A DNA stretch of 48,162 bases from Microthyrium microscopicum (taxonomy: Eukaryota): NCBI GenBank assembly GCA_010405405.1, contig MU004241.1:744001-792162 (forward strand), in the 5' to 3' direction. Below, one piece after another: positions 13,149 to 23,581 of this stretch (position 1 is its first letter; the number at the start of each line of letters is the position of its first letter). The notes under the pieces were generated by a model that saw only the letters and a program-made list of their open reading frames with translations, had not been told where the DNA came from and ran no database searches. Both the position numbers and the translations under genes were made by a program.

Positions 13149-14969
13149 TCATGACTTCTTCAAGCTTATCCTCAAAGCAGCAGGACTAACAGCTATAGCC
13201 TTCCCATCAGATTCAACATCAAATACAAAGAGCGCTAACGCAATGCCACCATACGTCAGCGAGTCAAGCTCAAGCCAGTCCGGGCTGACGATTCCGTTTC
13301 CAGAGAATAGGCCCACCACTGGTTTGTTAGGTGCGTCAGTGGAGGTGACGAGTCTGAAAGCTTGCTTTCCATTCTTTGAGTCTGCAATCGAAGGCACCAG
13401 TCGATATGGGCCCGCCCCCAGAATGTTTGCCAAAACAGGAAGCACATCTGTGCCATTACTCTTCCACGATGTGATCACTAGACCCGGCGCAGCTGTCACG
13501 GTCTGGTTGATAGCTATGGTCAATGAAGACTCCATTCCTTGGACCGAGGAGGTGTATGTGCCTGCATACTTGCGTCCGCTTTCGACGACTGTCTCAGCAG
13601 CGATAGCTGGAACAACGGTTTCGGTGATCAGGTCTGCAATGGCGGCTACGACTGCGAACCGTCCTTTGACTGTGCCGGCTGTTAGGACAGAAAAGCCTAA
13701 ATCATAGTCCGGGATCAGGACAAAGGAAGCACTGTAGCTGCCAGAATCACCAAACTTGGTATAAATGTCTGTGACAGCGCCGCATGGGTGGATATATCGA
13801 AAGATTTCCCATGGTCGACCAACAGATGCTTGCAAACGAGCGGTATGAGAAGTTGGCTTCAACCACTTTCGAGTCTGATCCGGAGGAAGAATGGTTGAGT
13901 TCAAGATTGCATTGCCAAACACTGCCAGGTCGCGAGTGGTGGAAAGCAGCCCACCGGTGGCTACATTTACTCCAGCATCCAGAGCAAAGCCACTTGTAAC
14001 AGCATCACCAACGATGGCAGATCGTTGCCACTCAGATACCGGAGGTGTCGAGGAATTCGAGCCGGTCATACCAAGAGGGCCGAAGATGCTTTCTTGGTAT
14101 ATCTGATGTATGTCTTTACCGGTGGCATGAGCTATAGCTAGACCTAGCATTGCAAAACCATCATCAGCATAACCTGGAGTCGTCCATGGCAGAAACGATG
14201 GGTATCGAATCGAGGTATCCTGGACAAACGAGCTTTCAGAGCATGTCGCGCTTCCATCGATGATGGAGTTTACACATGAAGTGTAAGCTAATGGATCTTT
14301 TGGGCTAATAGGTGGCAGTCCTTCGGTATTCAGAGCGGCGAGACTGCCATTAGTCCCGGTAAGCTCCGCTGTGAGGGCCGCGATGAACAGGTCCGATCCG
14401 CTTGTCACATCATCTCGTGGAACCCCGGCAATTTGCGCTGCGAGGGCACTGATGGTGACTTTGCTCCAATCAACTCTGTATATCGGGCTGGCTTCGGCAG
14501 TGGATTTGGCTGCGAAGTTAGCCAGGCCGGGGATGATGTCAGAAAGAGGACGCTCCCAGTCTGTACTGTTCACTTCAAGCAAAGCGGCTAGAACAGTGAA
14601 AACTTTGGTCACGCTTGCAACGCGGTATATGGTGTCCGCATCTACCTTGTGTGTTCCGTTCGGTGAGTTGGCCACTTCGGGTCCGGTGTGATGGTATTGC
14701 AACTGTGTGGCGTTTGGGTCATGTAGCGAAAACATGCCCAGAGAAAAGGTGAGATTGGACAGCTTTGAAAGCTGACTTGAAGACGGTGCTTGGTTGCCAT
14801 TCTTCAGATATGTTTCGATGGTCGATGTGACGTTCTGCCAACTGGCTGGTACAAGACTTTGGCTGCTACTCAAATCTGTAGGTGGTACATATTTGGGTCC
14901 TAACAGGTCTGCGACGACTATCGTGGTGAATAGCGAAAGGAGAGGGAGGTAACGATAAGATATATGCAT
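13149..14969 (-). CDS. secreted serine beta-lactamase / penicillin-binding-like (alkaline D-peptidase-like) protein
   Basis: Signal peptide; DADTIYRVASVTKVFT (SxxK), LAAQIAG, GGLLSTTRDL, GRPWEI, YTKFGDSGSY; intronless, 606 aa. Confidence 0.88.
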   Translation of the reverse strand: MHISYRYLPLLSLFTTIVVADLLGPKYVPPTDLSSSQSLVPASWQNVTSTIETYLKNGNQAPSSSQLSKLSNLTFSLGMFSLHDPNATQLQYHHTGPEVANSPNGTHKVDADTIYRVASVTKVFTVLAALLEVNSTDWERPLSDIIPGLANFAAKSTAEASPIYRVDWSKVTISALAAQIAGVPRDDVTSGSDLFIAALTAELTGTNGSLAALNTEGLPPISPKDPLAYTSCVNSIIDGSATCSESSFVQDTSIRYPSFLPWTTPGYADDGFAMLGLAIAHATGKDIHQIYQESIFGPLGMTGSNSSTPPVSEWQRSAIVGDAVTSGFALDAGVNVATGGLLSTTRDLAVFGNAILNSTILPPDQTRKWLKPTSHTARLQASVGRPWEIFRYIHPCGAVTDIYTKFGDSGSYSASFVLIPDYDLGFSVLTAGTVKGRFAVVAAIADLITETVVPAIAAETVVESGRKYAGTYTSSVQGMESSLTIAINQTVTAAPGLVITSWKSNGTDVLPVLANILGAGPYRLVPSIADSKNGKQAFRLVTSTDAPNKPVVGLFSGNGIVSPDWLELDSLTYGGIALALFVFDVESDGKAIAVSPAALRISLKKS

Positions 14970-15898
14970 TTTGGCTATTTTGACTTTATAAGAGGAAGTT
15001 GAAGTTGTTCATGAGATGGTTTAGTCTTCTCATGCTTTAATTGGCAAGTAACGAGCTCTTATATGCTGACTTGAGATCATCGTTCGTGCGACCAGAACAA
15101 AATATGAAGTGGCTGAAGCTCATGAAATGGTTAAACGATGTCATCAGTGGAGTTCGTGAATTGACTTGCTGCGCCATGTCTGCCTTGGAATGTGTGCAAC
15201 GGCTACATACTGACATTAAGTACTCGTTGAATACTGGTACTAGAGGCTTACAGAACCGGCGTCTGGGCTACATGTAGATCTTGATCGTTGAAATGCGCTA
15301 GCCAAATCCAGTGTCACTGAGCGCTCGTGTTCGGTGGACACGGCGAGATCTTTAAATAGCCTAGGAACATATTTGCAGACGAGCTGCATTGAGGATCCAG
15401 ACCAACAACATGTCTGTCCAGCAACACTGAAAAAACCTGAGCTGCCACCAACATGTGTGCGATGAAAGAAGCCTGATGAATTGAGATACTGTCCGCCGTT
15501 TGTCGACATCTCCTAGTATGGGCAAAAGAATAAGTACATTGGTTTTTTGAAGAACAATCGAAGCAAAAACTGTTATTATGAATTAAGTAAGGCATCATCC
15601 AGAACAGAATATACAACGCGTCCTGCTTGCTGGGCCAATATCACTCAAAGTCGCAGGCTGTACTAATGCAAAAGCCGAAGCAATAGCACTCTTTCCAATT
15701 GGGAGTAACTAATATAAGCAGCGTTCCCAGTTCAAACAGTCGACGTCTCTCTCAATTAATTAGACACCGCCTCCCAATGCGGTTCCACCTCATGGATTGC
15801 AATAGCCAAACAGAGCAACAGCGTCCAATCCGTTCTTCAATAAATTTACCGTGGTAAGACAAAGACTCGAAAATCCACTCTCCACCGCAGTTTCCATC

Positions 15899-17170
15899 CT
15901 AGTCGAGCCGAAGGAATAGTCCCGTAGCTTCTATTCCAGGATCAGGTTCATCGTCACCGAACATCTGTTCCCACATCGGGGGCTCAGGAGTCCAAGGTTC
16001 GAGTAATCCACGAGATATCATTTCAGCCCGACCTCCATCGGACTGTGCCTCTGGAGTTGCCCGATCGAGTTGCTCGAACTTGCTTTCGTCGTCCGATGCA
16101 TCATCCTCCTCCGAGAGTTCCTCTAACACTTGTTTGCCAGGAGTCACTGTACCTGAGCTTTCGTCGCTGCAATTGCTCATGGTCTCCTCGTCGGTGGTGG
16201 TGTCCATGGAGTCTTCGTCGAATTCAGAGTCTATGGAACCTTCATCGGTGGCAGCATCCATCAAGTCTTCCTCGTCTTCATCTGCATCATTCTGCTCTAT
16301 TGCGTCGGCTAACCCTTCAATTCTAGCCAGCTCGTGGAGGTCCGCCATTTCCCAGATGAAGTTATACTGTTCCAACACGCCTGGATCTCCCGTAGTTGGG
16401 AGGTTGCCTAAGATCAAAGCAGCAAGCCAGTTGCGCTTCAAGGTGTGGACGAAGATGTTTCGATATGCATCACCCATAGCGCTTGTTCCTGGCCGATAGA
16501 TCTGTGCCATCCATCGTATCGGAGGTAGTGATTGACCAGCAAGAACGGCCTGTGGAAGATCCTGAGACTTGTAGCAAGCGCGAATCACATCTGGGAAAGC
16601 ATTGAGGGGGTCTGAGCCTGACTTGGGAGGTACGGCGGCTGGATCCGGGGTACAGACGTTGCCACCATGTAGCTGGCATGACTGACATGGGTGCGAACTA
16701 TCGCAAGCACGGTTGTGAAGCTGGCACTCGAGACATTTTCGGGTGCGATGAATCTTGAAGTCGCCGCAGTACTCCAGATGCACAGGTTTACGCGAGCCAA
16801 TGCGCCGACGATCAATGACGAGCCGGCGACCGTCCTCTGCGGGCTTCAGATCACAATAGTGATCAAGGGCTAATATGGAATGCGGAAATCGCTCGTAGCG
16901 TATCTGATTCTTGTACTTGAGGACCACAAAGAACGTGATGTATCGAAGATCTTGTGGTATCCCGGACCGAGTATCCTTTGGATAATCAGTATATCGAGGT
17001 AGATTGCTGGTCTTGCCAAAAGCTGATCTCTTCAGTGGGCCTGACTGCCGGGGCGGTCTTCCGTCGCGAAGTGTTGGGCAGTACCATTTTCGGAGCAAGG
17101 ATAATCGGCCAGATCTAGTGCCATTCTTGATAGTCTGGTCCTCGGGGATAGTGGTGTCGACAGATGACAT
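15899..17170 (-). CDS. hypothetical protein with internal Zn2Cys6-like cluster and acidic C-terminus
   Basis: First ATG at 17170; CLECQLHNRACDSSHPCQSCQLHGGNVC = C-x2-C-x6-C-x5-C-x2-C-x7-C; long D/E-rich tail. Confidence 0.7.
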   Translation of the reverse strand: MSSVDTTIPEDQTIKNGTRSGRLSLLRKWYCPTLRDGRPPRQSGPLKRSAFGKTSNLPRYTDYPKDTRSGIPQDLRYITFFVVLKYKNQIRYERFPHSILALDHYCDLKPAEDGRRLVIDRRRIGSRKPVHLEYCGDFKIHRTRKCLECQLHNRACDSSHPCQSCQLHGGNVCTPDPAAVPPKSGSDPLNAFPDVIRACYKSQDLPQAVLAGQSLPPIRWMAQIYRPGTSAMGDAYRNIFVHTLKRNWLAALILGNLPTTGDPGVLEQYNFIWEMADLHELARIEGLADAIEQNDADEDEEDLMDAATDEGSIDSEFDEDSMDTTTDEETMSNCSDESSGTVTPGKQVLEELSEEDDASDDESKFEQLDRATPEAQSDGGRAEMISRGLLEPWTPEPPMWEQMFGDDEPDPGIEATGLFLRLD

Positions 17171-18338
17171 GATGCAAGATAAATTATTCGTGGATAGGAG
17201 GCGGTAAAGCACAGAATTGCCTATCGATGAGGTAGGAACCGCAGTGAAAGTAGTATAATTGTCGCGTGAAGAAGCCGATATGTTTTAACTTGTCCGGACT
17301 GAAGGAATATATGCTTTTGGCAATGTGCAGAAGTTATGTGCTATGAGTTGGGATTGGAGAAAGGAAGCTTCATTGTTATAAAAGTGGTGTTTGGGAAATT
17401 AGGCGGACGACATAGCATCTAATGGAAGCTAATAGAGCTCAAGGAGAATGTTATCAAGTTATAACAGGCAACAACGAGCAGTGACCATTTTGACCCATTG
17501 CATGGCGACTTCCTCGCATGGTAGGGACTACCTTTTAAGAGGCAGATGATAAAGGCAGTCGCCACCAATGCCTACAATGTGCGAGGAAGGAGCCATCTTT
17601 AGCCATTGATTCACTGCTCTAACAGGTAAGGTCTGTCCGTCTAGTATGGAACCTTGATGAAAGCTTATATCGAAGCTGATACTGCTGTTCCTTTGCGGTT
17701 GCGCTACAGTCATTCAGATATACACGTCTAAGACCTTTGGGTATACGCTTTGCACTTAACTGTGCCTGCCCGTGACATATTTTTACCTCTACGTTGCGGG
17801 TGTAGGAAGCATGTCGCATATCAGTATTCCGGAGGTTAATGTACCGCCAGCAAAACCAGGACGTGATGTTGAAGGGGCATATGTTCAACTTCCGGTAGAT
17901 AGACCGCAGAGACTCACGCCAGTGGCAGTATATTGTTTCCGGCAGAAACATGCAATATACGGCTGCGCCCAGAGGAGACAAAAATTCGAGAACCAAGGAC
18001 GCAGTTGAATGCAATGAAGGTTCCTGTTGGACTGCAAAATAAATGGTTGAAGCGGAGAGGCGAATGGTTCGTTGTCCTGTTCAGTTGTGGAAGCGCAACT
18101 TCAAGAATATATAGAGGAAGAGTACTTTGGCAGAGTTATATATCAGACTGTGAAACCGTCTTGGGATATGTTAACCAAAGTTACATAGAGCGCTGCTCAT
18201 CGTGCTGAAGAGCTGCATTCTTGAGCTTTTTGGGGACTGATATTCATCTGATGAAAAAGTGCTTCCCAAAAGTCCTTCTCTACGATATAGCAAGCATAGA
18301 GTACGTACTGTTTGTGGTACCACAAAGCAACAATCCAA

Positions 18339-19257
18339 CTACTGCGACAACCAAAAGTTGAACCACTCAACTATTCCGCGATAGCTTTGCTCCTTGACAT
18401 AACGCTCATACGGATCTTCCAAGTTGCATCTGACCGCAAATCCGTGAGAGACTCCCTGGAACAACTGAACTTGATACTTCTTTTGTCCTTCTTCCAAGAT
18501 TGCCTGTGCTTTGTTTCTTTTGCCTGGAGGAAATGCGTGATCCTTTTCGGCACAGCTAAGCAGCAAAGGCTTGTCGACGTTTTGGAATTGCTCTTCTGTT
18601 AGACTACCTGGATGTGCAAAGGCTCCCGCACTGATGAAACCCTTGGTAAGAGAGTCTAGAACGTATGTAGCACCAAAGCAGTAGCCAGCACAGACATACT
18701 TCGTGGTGTCTTTGCCGTATTTATCAGCAATTGCCTTGGTCCACTTGGGCACTGTTGCTTTGGCAAATGCGACGTGCTTGTCACGCCAGGCGGCGCGATC
18801 AAAGTCGGGCTTTACGCTCTTGTCTGCGTTTTGATGTTTCCAGATGGGGTCCTAGGCAAATTAGCATCTGCGTGAATTAGGACACTTTCCAAGCTCCATG
18901 ACTTTCTCAATCGCAACGAGAAGCAGTGTGATCTCTTAACCAATTCCGAAAATCTTATGAGGTTGAATAGTTCCACAATGAAGAACTTACATCTCTAAAA
19001 TAATCAATGCCAAAGACATGGTAGCCAGCATCAGCGAAAGCATCCATCAGCAGCAGAGAGTTGTTGTAGAATCCATGAACGTCAGGATAGTAGAACAAGA
19101 TATTGCCGTTGTCATTTCCATGCTGTGGAGTAGTGATATACGTAGGTGCTTCTTCAATGGTTTCAGTTTTGCCACGGGTGTCTCCAGTATGGAGGTTGCC
19201 AGAGAGGCAGTGGTCGCCCGGCGGGATCGCAAGATAGGTCTCTGCTGGTGGGGCCAT
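18339..19257 (-). CDS. dienelactone hydrolase family protein; exons 19257-18991, 18851-18339
   Basis: ILFYYPDVHG, GYCFGA nucleophile motif, AHPG, AEKDHAF, GVSHGFAVR; 139-nt intron 18852-18990 (GTAAGT...CTAAT...TAG). Confidence 0.92.
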
Positions 19258-20542
19258 GCTGAAGGCTGAGGACGAAAACTATGGAGTTGGTTATTCGCTT
19301 TGTGCCAAGCTATCAATTTATATACCCCTGGGATGAGTTGTTGTAGTAAGGATTCTTGATGCCGTTTAAAAGACGTAAACAAGAAGGGCAACAGTGAATG
19401 CCGTAATCGGCTCGGCATATTCGTACACCGAAGCTGAGAAACATGTTCAACTGTCAAGCATTAAATACCTCAGAATTTCAAATCGAAAGTCTATTCACGT
19501 TTGACGGTTTCCCAGGAATATGCTGGAGTTGATAATTATCTACAACGCCTGTTTGGTTTCCAGAAACAAAGAAGAAGTCCAGCAAAATGATGTGTGGCAG
19601 GCTTTAGAGCTTGTATCAACTGTTTCTTGAACAAGAGACCTTTTTTTGAAAGCTGAAAAAGAGCGATTGCTTGAATATCAAGTTTCTGGATACAGTACAG
19701 GAAAAACAGAAAACTGATTGATTAACGTGCCGAATTGTATTGTGATTTAGTAACGTTACAAAAGACAAAGACTTCAGTCCTGGCCATTCAGCGTATCACA
19801 AGACGGGTTGCGAAGGGGGTATTCTAGTTTTGGATTTGCCATGAGCAATTATGATTTCTACAAAATTTGAAGAAAATCGTGGAATCAATATTCCATTTTT
19901 CATTTCTACTGATGGAGAGTAGCAAAGCGCAACCAAGCTTAAAGAAGCATTTGTTGATACATTCTACCCATCGCAAATCTGAACTCTTCCACCGGAATCG
20001 AAGGAGCATCTTGTTGAACTTCAAAATCGAATTGGTTGACGAGATGATCGACCAGGCGATCCAACATATTCCATAATATCCGTACGTTTCAAATTCAAAC
20101 TTCGGTGGGATTTCAAAGTTCTCTTCAGGCATAGGATCGCACACCGGAGGATTTCACTGTTCTCTCCAGCCATAAGCTCGCACACCAGAGCGTATCGTAT
20201 ACTTAGTGTCTAAAGTTGTGGTCGATGCTGGTCCGTAGCCATCATTGTAATAGATGAATTGCTTATGTTAGAACGGAAGTCACTGATCATGTCGGAAGCT
20301 GTTGCCACACGTTTGGAAAAAACAGTATAGGGGCCCTTGAGTAGCTTAGTTGAAGGTTTATTTCATTGCTGAGAGCTAAATACTTTTTGTGTAAACGATT
20401 CTGTCTTCACGTTCTTCTGATCCCCACCCCCTAAGACCCATTCTTTGCAATTTCTCGGTTCGAGTAAGAGCTGATTTTTACCACGACTATCCTAGTAATG
20501 CTATCCATCACCAGAATCAACAATGAATATTTGTCAAGCAGC

Positions 20543-21121
20543 CTAATTGATTTGTACGCGGCGAGGCTGCTTGGCCTTGGCCTTCGGAACCGTCAGGCTG
20601 AGAACACCATTTTTCAGTTTGGCTATAACAGCATCCTGGTCGACGACGCTAGGGAACTGGAACGTTCTATGGAACGAGCCAAAGCTACGTTCAGTGATGA
20701 GGTATTTTGGAGCGTTGGCGCCATTTTGGACAATGTCCTTAACCTTATTGGTCTTCGTCACCTCGTTGGAATTGGACTTTTTGTCAGTGGACTCGGTTTC
20801 TCCTTCGTCCTGCATGGTGGGATTCTGATACAGCGTGCTGGATTCGGAGTTGCTGTGCTCACTGCGATGCTCGGTTTGGCCTGAGATGGTCAAGGTGTTA
20901 TGGTCGGACCATTCGATGTTGATGTTCTCCTGCTCAAGGCCAGGTAATTCGCCGTGAAGCTCGTAGGCATCCGTAGTTTCTTGAATATCGAAGCGAGGAG
21001 TAAAAGAGCGGAAGCTCTGGTTGTCGAGGCCTGAGCGAACGGCACGTTCCAGCTCATCAGAGAGATTGAAGAGAGAGGTGATCTCTGGTTGACTGGTGTG
21101 GCGCGGGAAGAAAAGAGACAT
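20543..21121 (-). CDS. small heat shock protein (HSP20 family, Hsp30-like)
   Basis: MSLFFPR..., FTPRFDIQET...YELHGELPG, ERSFGSFHRTFQFP, LKNGVLSLTVPK, C-terminal VQI motif. An in-frame upstream ATG exists at 21238. Confidence 0.93.
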   Translation of the reverse strand: MSLFFPRHTSQPEITSLFNLSDELERAVRSGLDNQSFRSFTPRFDIQETTDAYELHGELPGLEQENINIEWSDHNTLTISGQTEHRSEHSNSESSTLYQNPTMQDEGETESTDKKSNSNEVTKTNKVKDIVQNGANAPKYLITERSFGSFHRTFQFPSVVDQDAVIAKLKNGVLSLTVPKAKAKQPRRVQIN

Positions 21122-21294
21122 TTTTGGAGCTTGAGTGAAAAGTTTTCTGGACTCTGTGATTCCACGAGGAATAAATTTGTTTGTATGAAATTTTGCTAGC
21201 TTTGGAGTCTTGCTAATGGTTCGTCTCAACTGATGCATGAAGTTGTCTGTGGAGGGGAGATGGAGGAAGCATCTTTCCAAGCTCATCACGGTGG

Positions 21295-21302
21295 ATTATA
21301 TA
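21295..21302 (-). promoter_or_regulatory. TATA box of the HSP20 gene
   Basis: minus strand TATATAAT, ~175 bp upstream of ATG 21121 and just downstream of the HSEs. Confidence 0.6.
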
Positions 21303-21316
21303 CCCATCAATGAGGA

Positions 21317-21326
21317 GTTCTAGAAG
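21317..21326. promoter_or_regulatory. proximal heat-shock element (2 units)
   Basis: GTTCTAGAAG = nTTCn nGAAn, 15 bp from the TATA box. Confidence 0.6.
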
Positions 21327-21411
21327 GCTCCAGATGTTCATGTTCGTATTCCATGATGAAAACATTCCGACCTCAACGAAGGTCACTGAAACAACTCGAT
21401 GATTCTTCAAC

Positions 21412-21426
21412 TTTCTAGAAATTTCG
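21412..21426. promoter_or_regulatory. perfect 3-unit heat-shock element (HSF site)
   Basis: TTTCT AGAAA TTTCG = nTTCn nGAAn nTTCn upstream of the HSP20 gene. Confidence 0.75.
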
Positions 21427-22101
21427 ATCCAATAAGGCAGTTGACGCCGACCAGTATTGAACCCAAAAATGCATCAAGATGACAGGGCATAAAATAAGTC
21501 ATCAACTCATATCGGACTACCTATCAATTTACTTAATTCATAAGATTTGCTCCTGGTCCAGGCCATATCATCCTTCCAATGTGGGCAGATGTCTAAACTG
21601 ACCCCTGACCATCGTTGCTTTGCCCTGCAAAACCATGGAATTTAGGGGTCACTGATATTGGAATGTAAAGGCAATCGAATACTACTCAAGTATTCAAGCT
21701 GTATAAGTCTCGTCTGTTTGTCCTTCAAGTTTGAAGTCGCTTGGTTTCTGGAATATTGTAGCATATAAAATTGCATCACCAATTACCATCATGCTTTCAT
21801 GCTTTCATGATCATTTGAATATAGTAGTAGTAGTAGCTACTAGGCCCGCTGGCATACTGCATTCGATCCTTGTAAAGCGCATATTCTTGTTAATGGTTCT
21901 TCTAGAAAGTGTAGGTGAATGAAATCATAACAGCAGGAGTGGTTGGCCAAGGAGTGTCTCGAAAGGCTATGGCCACGAGTCATAATATAGGAGCTTAACG
22001 TTCAAAACTTCAGTGACAACAATCTACTTCATATTGTTCAAATTCACGATGGGGTTTTACGAGGTGAAATGAAGTTACCTTAGTGGCATAAAGGCTACTG
22101 T

Positions 22102-22313
22102 CAACCGGTGGACAAAATAATTGGCGTGCCCCCATCAACTTTAATGGCTTCCATAAACGCTACTAAACAGAAAATGCTATACTTTCTATTGCGTTCAACA
22201 AACTGTAGCAGTATGAACGCACTTTATGGAAATAAAGCACTTAGTTGCAAAGCGTGTCATATGGGAGCCATCAGACTTGATGGGAGCACGCCAGTTATTT
22301 TGTCCACTGGTTG
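22102..22313. mobile_element. MITE copy 2: 212 bp, ~54-bp imperfect TIRs, 6-bp TSD TACTGT; opposite orientation to copy 1
   Basis: 22102-22155 vs 22260-22313 inverted (7 mismatches, 6 transitions). TACTGT at 22096-22101 and 22314-22319. Its reverse complement is colinear with copy 1. Confidence 0.9.
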
Positions 22314-22515
22314 TACTGTGTACGCTTTTGCCCTTGCCGCACTCGCTTGCCTAATACCATTGCACGATCTATGATGTATGGGCATGACTCAGGCCAGAGT
22401 CCTATTACCGAACACATTTATATCTGTTTATGCAACCAATAGTTGGTAGTTTAACGTAGACATTGCAAGTAATCAAAACTCCAACACTATAACTTATACT
22501 TTGGAGGATCCAGCC

Positions 22516-23556
22516 ATGCCGTCCAGTACTGGATCACAGACTTGGCCTGATAGCACAGAGGGAGATTATGAAACCAAGAATTTCACCTTTCTCGATGGCA
22601 GTACTCTTCCGGTACTCAGGCTTCATTACCGCACATTAGGAGCACCCAAGCTCAATGAATCCGGCCAGACCACTAATGCAATTCTGATCATGCATGGCAC
22701 AACTGGATCCAGCGCAAACTTCTTGTCACCACAATTCGCAGGCGAATTGTTCAACCCGGGCCAGCTCTTTGACTCCAAAAAGTACTATATCATCATTCGC
22801 GACGGTATTGGCCATGGCGGAAGCAGCAAACCCTCCGATGGGCTCAAAGCCAATTTCCCAGGATACGGATATCAAGATATGGTCCGCGCAGACTATGAAC
22901 TTGTCACCAAAGGTCTCGGAGTAAATCACCTCAGACTTGTCATGGGAACATCAATGGGTGGAATGCACAGTTGGCTTTGGGCGGGCATGTATCCCGATTT
23001 CATGGACGCAGCGATGCCGCTTGCTTCTCTTCCGACGCAAATATCAGGCCGCAACCGGATGCTTAGAAAAATGGTTGAAGATGCTGTTCGTGGAGATCCA
23101 GAGTGGAACAATGGAAACTATAAGCGCAGTACCGATGTTCGAGGCTTCACTACAGCACTATATGTTCTCAGCATAATGTCAAGCGTCCCCTTTCAGTGGC
23201 AAAAGGCTGCGCCAGATCGCGAAAGTGCAGACAATTTTCTAGACAAGTGGATTACGGACCACACGGCTGGCGTCGACTGCAATGACTTCTTGTATGCGTT
23301 TGAAGCAAGTCGAGATTATGATCCTCGGCCACTGTTGGAGAAGATCGAAGTACCATTCTTAGCGATTAACACTGCCGATGATCAGGTCAATCCGCCAGAG
23401 TTGGGCATACTAGAAGATGGCATCAAGAAAGTTAAGCGCGGACGATGTGTGGTGTACCCGCATAGCGAGAACTTGAGAGGTCATGCCTCGCATTCATGGG
23501 CCAATATTTGGCTCGAAGAAGCCAAACGCCTCATGCATGAGAGCGAGAAGCATTAA
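22516..23556 (+). CDS. alpha/beta hydrolase, homoserine O-acetyltransferase (MetX)-like, bacterial-type
   Basis: LRLHYRTLG, LIMHGTTGS, DGIGHGGSSKPSDG, LVMGTSMGGMH (GxSxGG), INTADD and RGH triad residues; intronless. Confidence 0.88.
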   Translation: MPSSTGSQTWPDSTEGDYETKNFTFLDGSTLPVLRLHYRTLGAPKLNESGQTTNAILIMHGTTGSSANFLSPQFAGELFNPGQLFDSKKYYIIIRDGIGHGGSSKPSDGLKANFPGYGYQDMVRADYELVTKGLGVNHLRLVMGTSMGGMHSWLWAGMYPDFMDAAMPLASLPTQISGRNRMLRKMVEDAVRGDPEWNNGNYKRSTDVRGFTTALYVLSIMSSVPFQWQKAAPDRESADNFLDKWITDHTAGVDCNDFLYAFEASRDYDPRPLLEKIEVPFLAINTADDQVNPPELGILEDGIKKVKRGRCVVYPHSENLRGHASHSWANIWLEEAKRLMHESEKH

Positions 23557-23581
23557 GAAATGAAGTCGATGGAGAAAAAGT

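Noticed and set aside
17648..17691. TGATGA...CTGA with AGCTT/AAGCT stem (box C/D- or hammerhead-like)
   Set aside because: Only 15 nt between the boxes, and the hammerhead core (CUGAUGA/GAAA) is not matched.
19500..20200. coding-like intergenic stretch with short ORFs
   Set aside because: No identifiable homology or continuous frame.
22108..22374. 88-aa ORF (also 9845-10036)
   Set aside because: Runs through a MITE; not a transposase.
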